Shown here piece by piece: positions 39,944 to 41,226 of a stretch of DNA of 41,226 bases (positions within the stretch are counted from its first letter, which is position 1; the number at the start of each line of letters is the position of its first letter). The DNA comes from an uncultured Cellvibrionales bacterium. Its GTDB lineage: Bacteria > Pseudomonadota > Gammaproteobacteria > Pseudomonadales > UBA7239. The notes beneath the pieces are model-generated. The model had not been told where the DNA came from, made no database searches, and was given only the letters and a program-made list of their open reading frames with translations. The stretch is taken from assembly GCA_937864065.1 (NCBI GenBank), contig CALMIC010000276.1:1-41226 (forward strand), read 5' to 3'. The translations under genes and the position numbers were made by a program.

Positions 39944-41226
39944 TTACTGCACACCGACCTGCAATTCGAGTTCGACGGTCTTGCCGCCGGCAACATTGTC
40001 CTCGCCGGCGATCTGGCGGCTTTCGCCGGTCAGCTTGAGCCCACGCGCTTTCGCATCGGCATGCAATTGCGCAAACGCGAGCGCGACACCGTCCGGTGAG
40101 CCCTGGTACTGGCGCACAGCGCACTTGAAGCCCTTGTCACGCACCAGCTGGTAACGGCCAGACGGCGGCGGGTTGCCGGTGACCGGGAAGCCGAAACGCA
40201 CGCGGATTTTTTCTGCGCCCTGCTCCAGCGGCTCCGGAAAGATGATGTGCATCGGGCCGCTGATCTTGCCGCCGTTCTTCACAATGGTGATGCCTAGCCT
40301 TGTTGCCAGGCCGACCATCTGGCTCGACATTTCGTCTGCCGTGAGCTTGTAGTCCCCCAGGTACAGCTGGCGGGATTCGGTGGTCTTGATCTCCAGCGCC
40401 GCCGACGGGTTGCCCTGGATATTCGCCAGTGCGGCCGTATCAAGCGCAGCGCTGGCCGGCGCCGACTCCACTGCCGCCGGCTGCGGCGATCCCGAATCTT
40501 CCGCCGGCACCGCAGCAGCGACCTCTTGTTCAGTTTCCGTTTCGGCTGCACCGGCATCCGCAGGCGCTGTGCTGCGCTGGCTGTCCGGCATCGCCGCCGC
40601 AAAGATCGAGCTGGTACCCGCAGAGGAGCACGGCCCGGCCACGCCGGCTTTCTCGCGCTCGGTGGCCGGCTCCGCTTTCATGAAAGCCAGCCATTGCGCG
40701 GCATCGCCGGCCCCGCCGACCAGCGTCGCATTGATGAAGGAGCGGCGCGCGAGTTCATTGTCGCCGAGCTTGAGCTGGCTGATGCCGAGCAGCAGGTTCG
40801 CGCGCGCCACCAGGCGATCGGGCAGGCCGGCCTCACAGGCATCCAGCACCAGCTGCTGCATCGGTTGCCACTGCTGCTTTTCCATCTGCAACTGCGCCAG
40901 GTGCAGCTGCAATTCGACATCGTTGCTGCCACTGGCAGCCTTGGCCAGTGCCGCTTCAGCTTTCTCGCGCTCACCCGCCTGCATCCACAGGCGGAACAGG
41001 CGGTCATTGATCTTGCTACCCGATTTCAGCCGGCCACTGGCAATGGCCTCTTCCAGCACCCGCGCACCACGGCCGGGAATATTGTTGACGGAATAGAGAT
41101 CGCTCAGCAGCAGGATGTCCTGTTCGCGGAACGGGATCCCCTTTTCCCAAGCCAGCGCCATCACATCCAGTGCCTGTGCATGCTTGCCGCCTTTCAGGTA
41201 CAGCGACACCCACTGCTGCCACAATT
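39944..41226 (-). CDS. Tetratricopeptide-repeat protein with a C-terminal GyrI-like domain; 5' end outside the window
   Basis: TPR-like helices (WQQWVSLYL..., A.LLLGISQL.LG..E.AR..F), an Ala/Glu/Pro linker, then a GyrI-like pattern (GPMHIIF...RFGFPV...CAVRQYQGSPDGV..AFAQL...GESRQ...ELQVGV). Confidence 0.7.
   Translation of the reverse strand, partial: LWQQWVSLYLKGGKHAQALDVMALAWEKGIPFREQDILLLSDLYSVNNIPGRGARVLEEAIASGRLKSGSKINDRLFRLWMQAGEREKAEAALAKAASGSNDVELQLHLAQLQMEKQQWQPMQQLVLDACEAGLPDRLVARANLLLGISQLKLGDNELARRSFINATLVGGAGDAAQWLAFMKAEPATEREKAGVAGPCSSAGTSSIFAAAMPDSQRSTAPADAGAAETETEQEVAAAVPAEDSGSPQPAAVESAPASAALDTAALANIQGNPSAALEIKTTESRQLYLGDYKLTADEMSSQMVGLATRLGITIVKNGGKISGPMHIIFPEPLEQGAEKIRVRFGFPVTGNPPPSGRYQLVRDKGFKCAVRQYQGSPDGVALAFAQLHADAKARGLKLTGESRQIAGEDNVAGGKTVELELQVGVQ

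Overview
Chromosomal window from a high-GC gammaproteobacterium; the gene order (rplS-xerD-dsbC, asmA-mutY-yggX, secA-argJ-mutT) resembles Pseudomonadales/Cellvibrionales. Housekeeping blocks: a leftward qmcA-nfeD-hypothetical-lipid A acyltransferase operon, rpsP-rimM-trmD-rplS, xerD-dsbC-asmA-mutY-yggX, tRNA-Phe(GAA), argD-argF and secA-argJ-mutT/thiE. Between these lie about 17.5 kb of accessory genes. The first part is a tightly packed 7-gene operon (MltF-like, SnoaL-like, TonB-dependent receptor, IorA/IorB-type Tat-exported molybdo-enzyme, XdhC, MocA). The second is an iron-uptake island with Fur boxes (tonB-exbB-exbD-hemP-FhuE-like receptor-PepSY, a Cys-rich orphan, and a PiuA/Fiu-like receptor with PiuC). 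The most striking unannotated signal is in the 5' leaders of both iron-island receptors. Each has an AGCC-rich box, a short hairpin and an identical AGCCAGCCAU box, and each can refold into a mutually exclusive downstream hairpin: an intrinsic terminator in one gene and an SD-abutting stem in the other. hemP sits directly upstream of the second leader, which suggests a HemP-operated RNA switch layered on Fur. The right end encodes a GT-C-like membrane protein, an atypical SDR, a TSUP transporter, a lipoprotein, a secreted protein with six repeats at an exact 144-bp period, and a partial TPR-GyrI fusion. No CRISPR array, IS element or prophage was seen. All calls come from reading the sequence by eye; no searches or folding programs were run.
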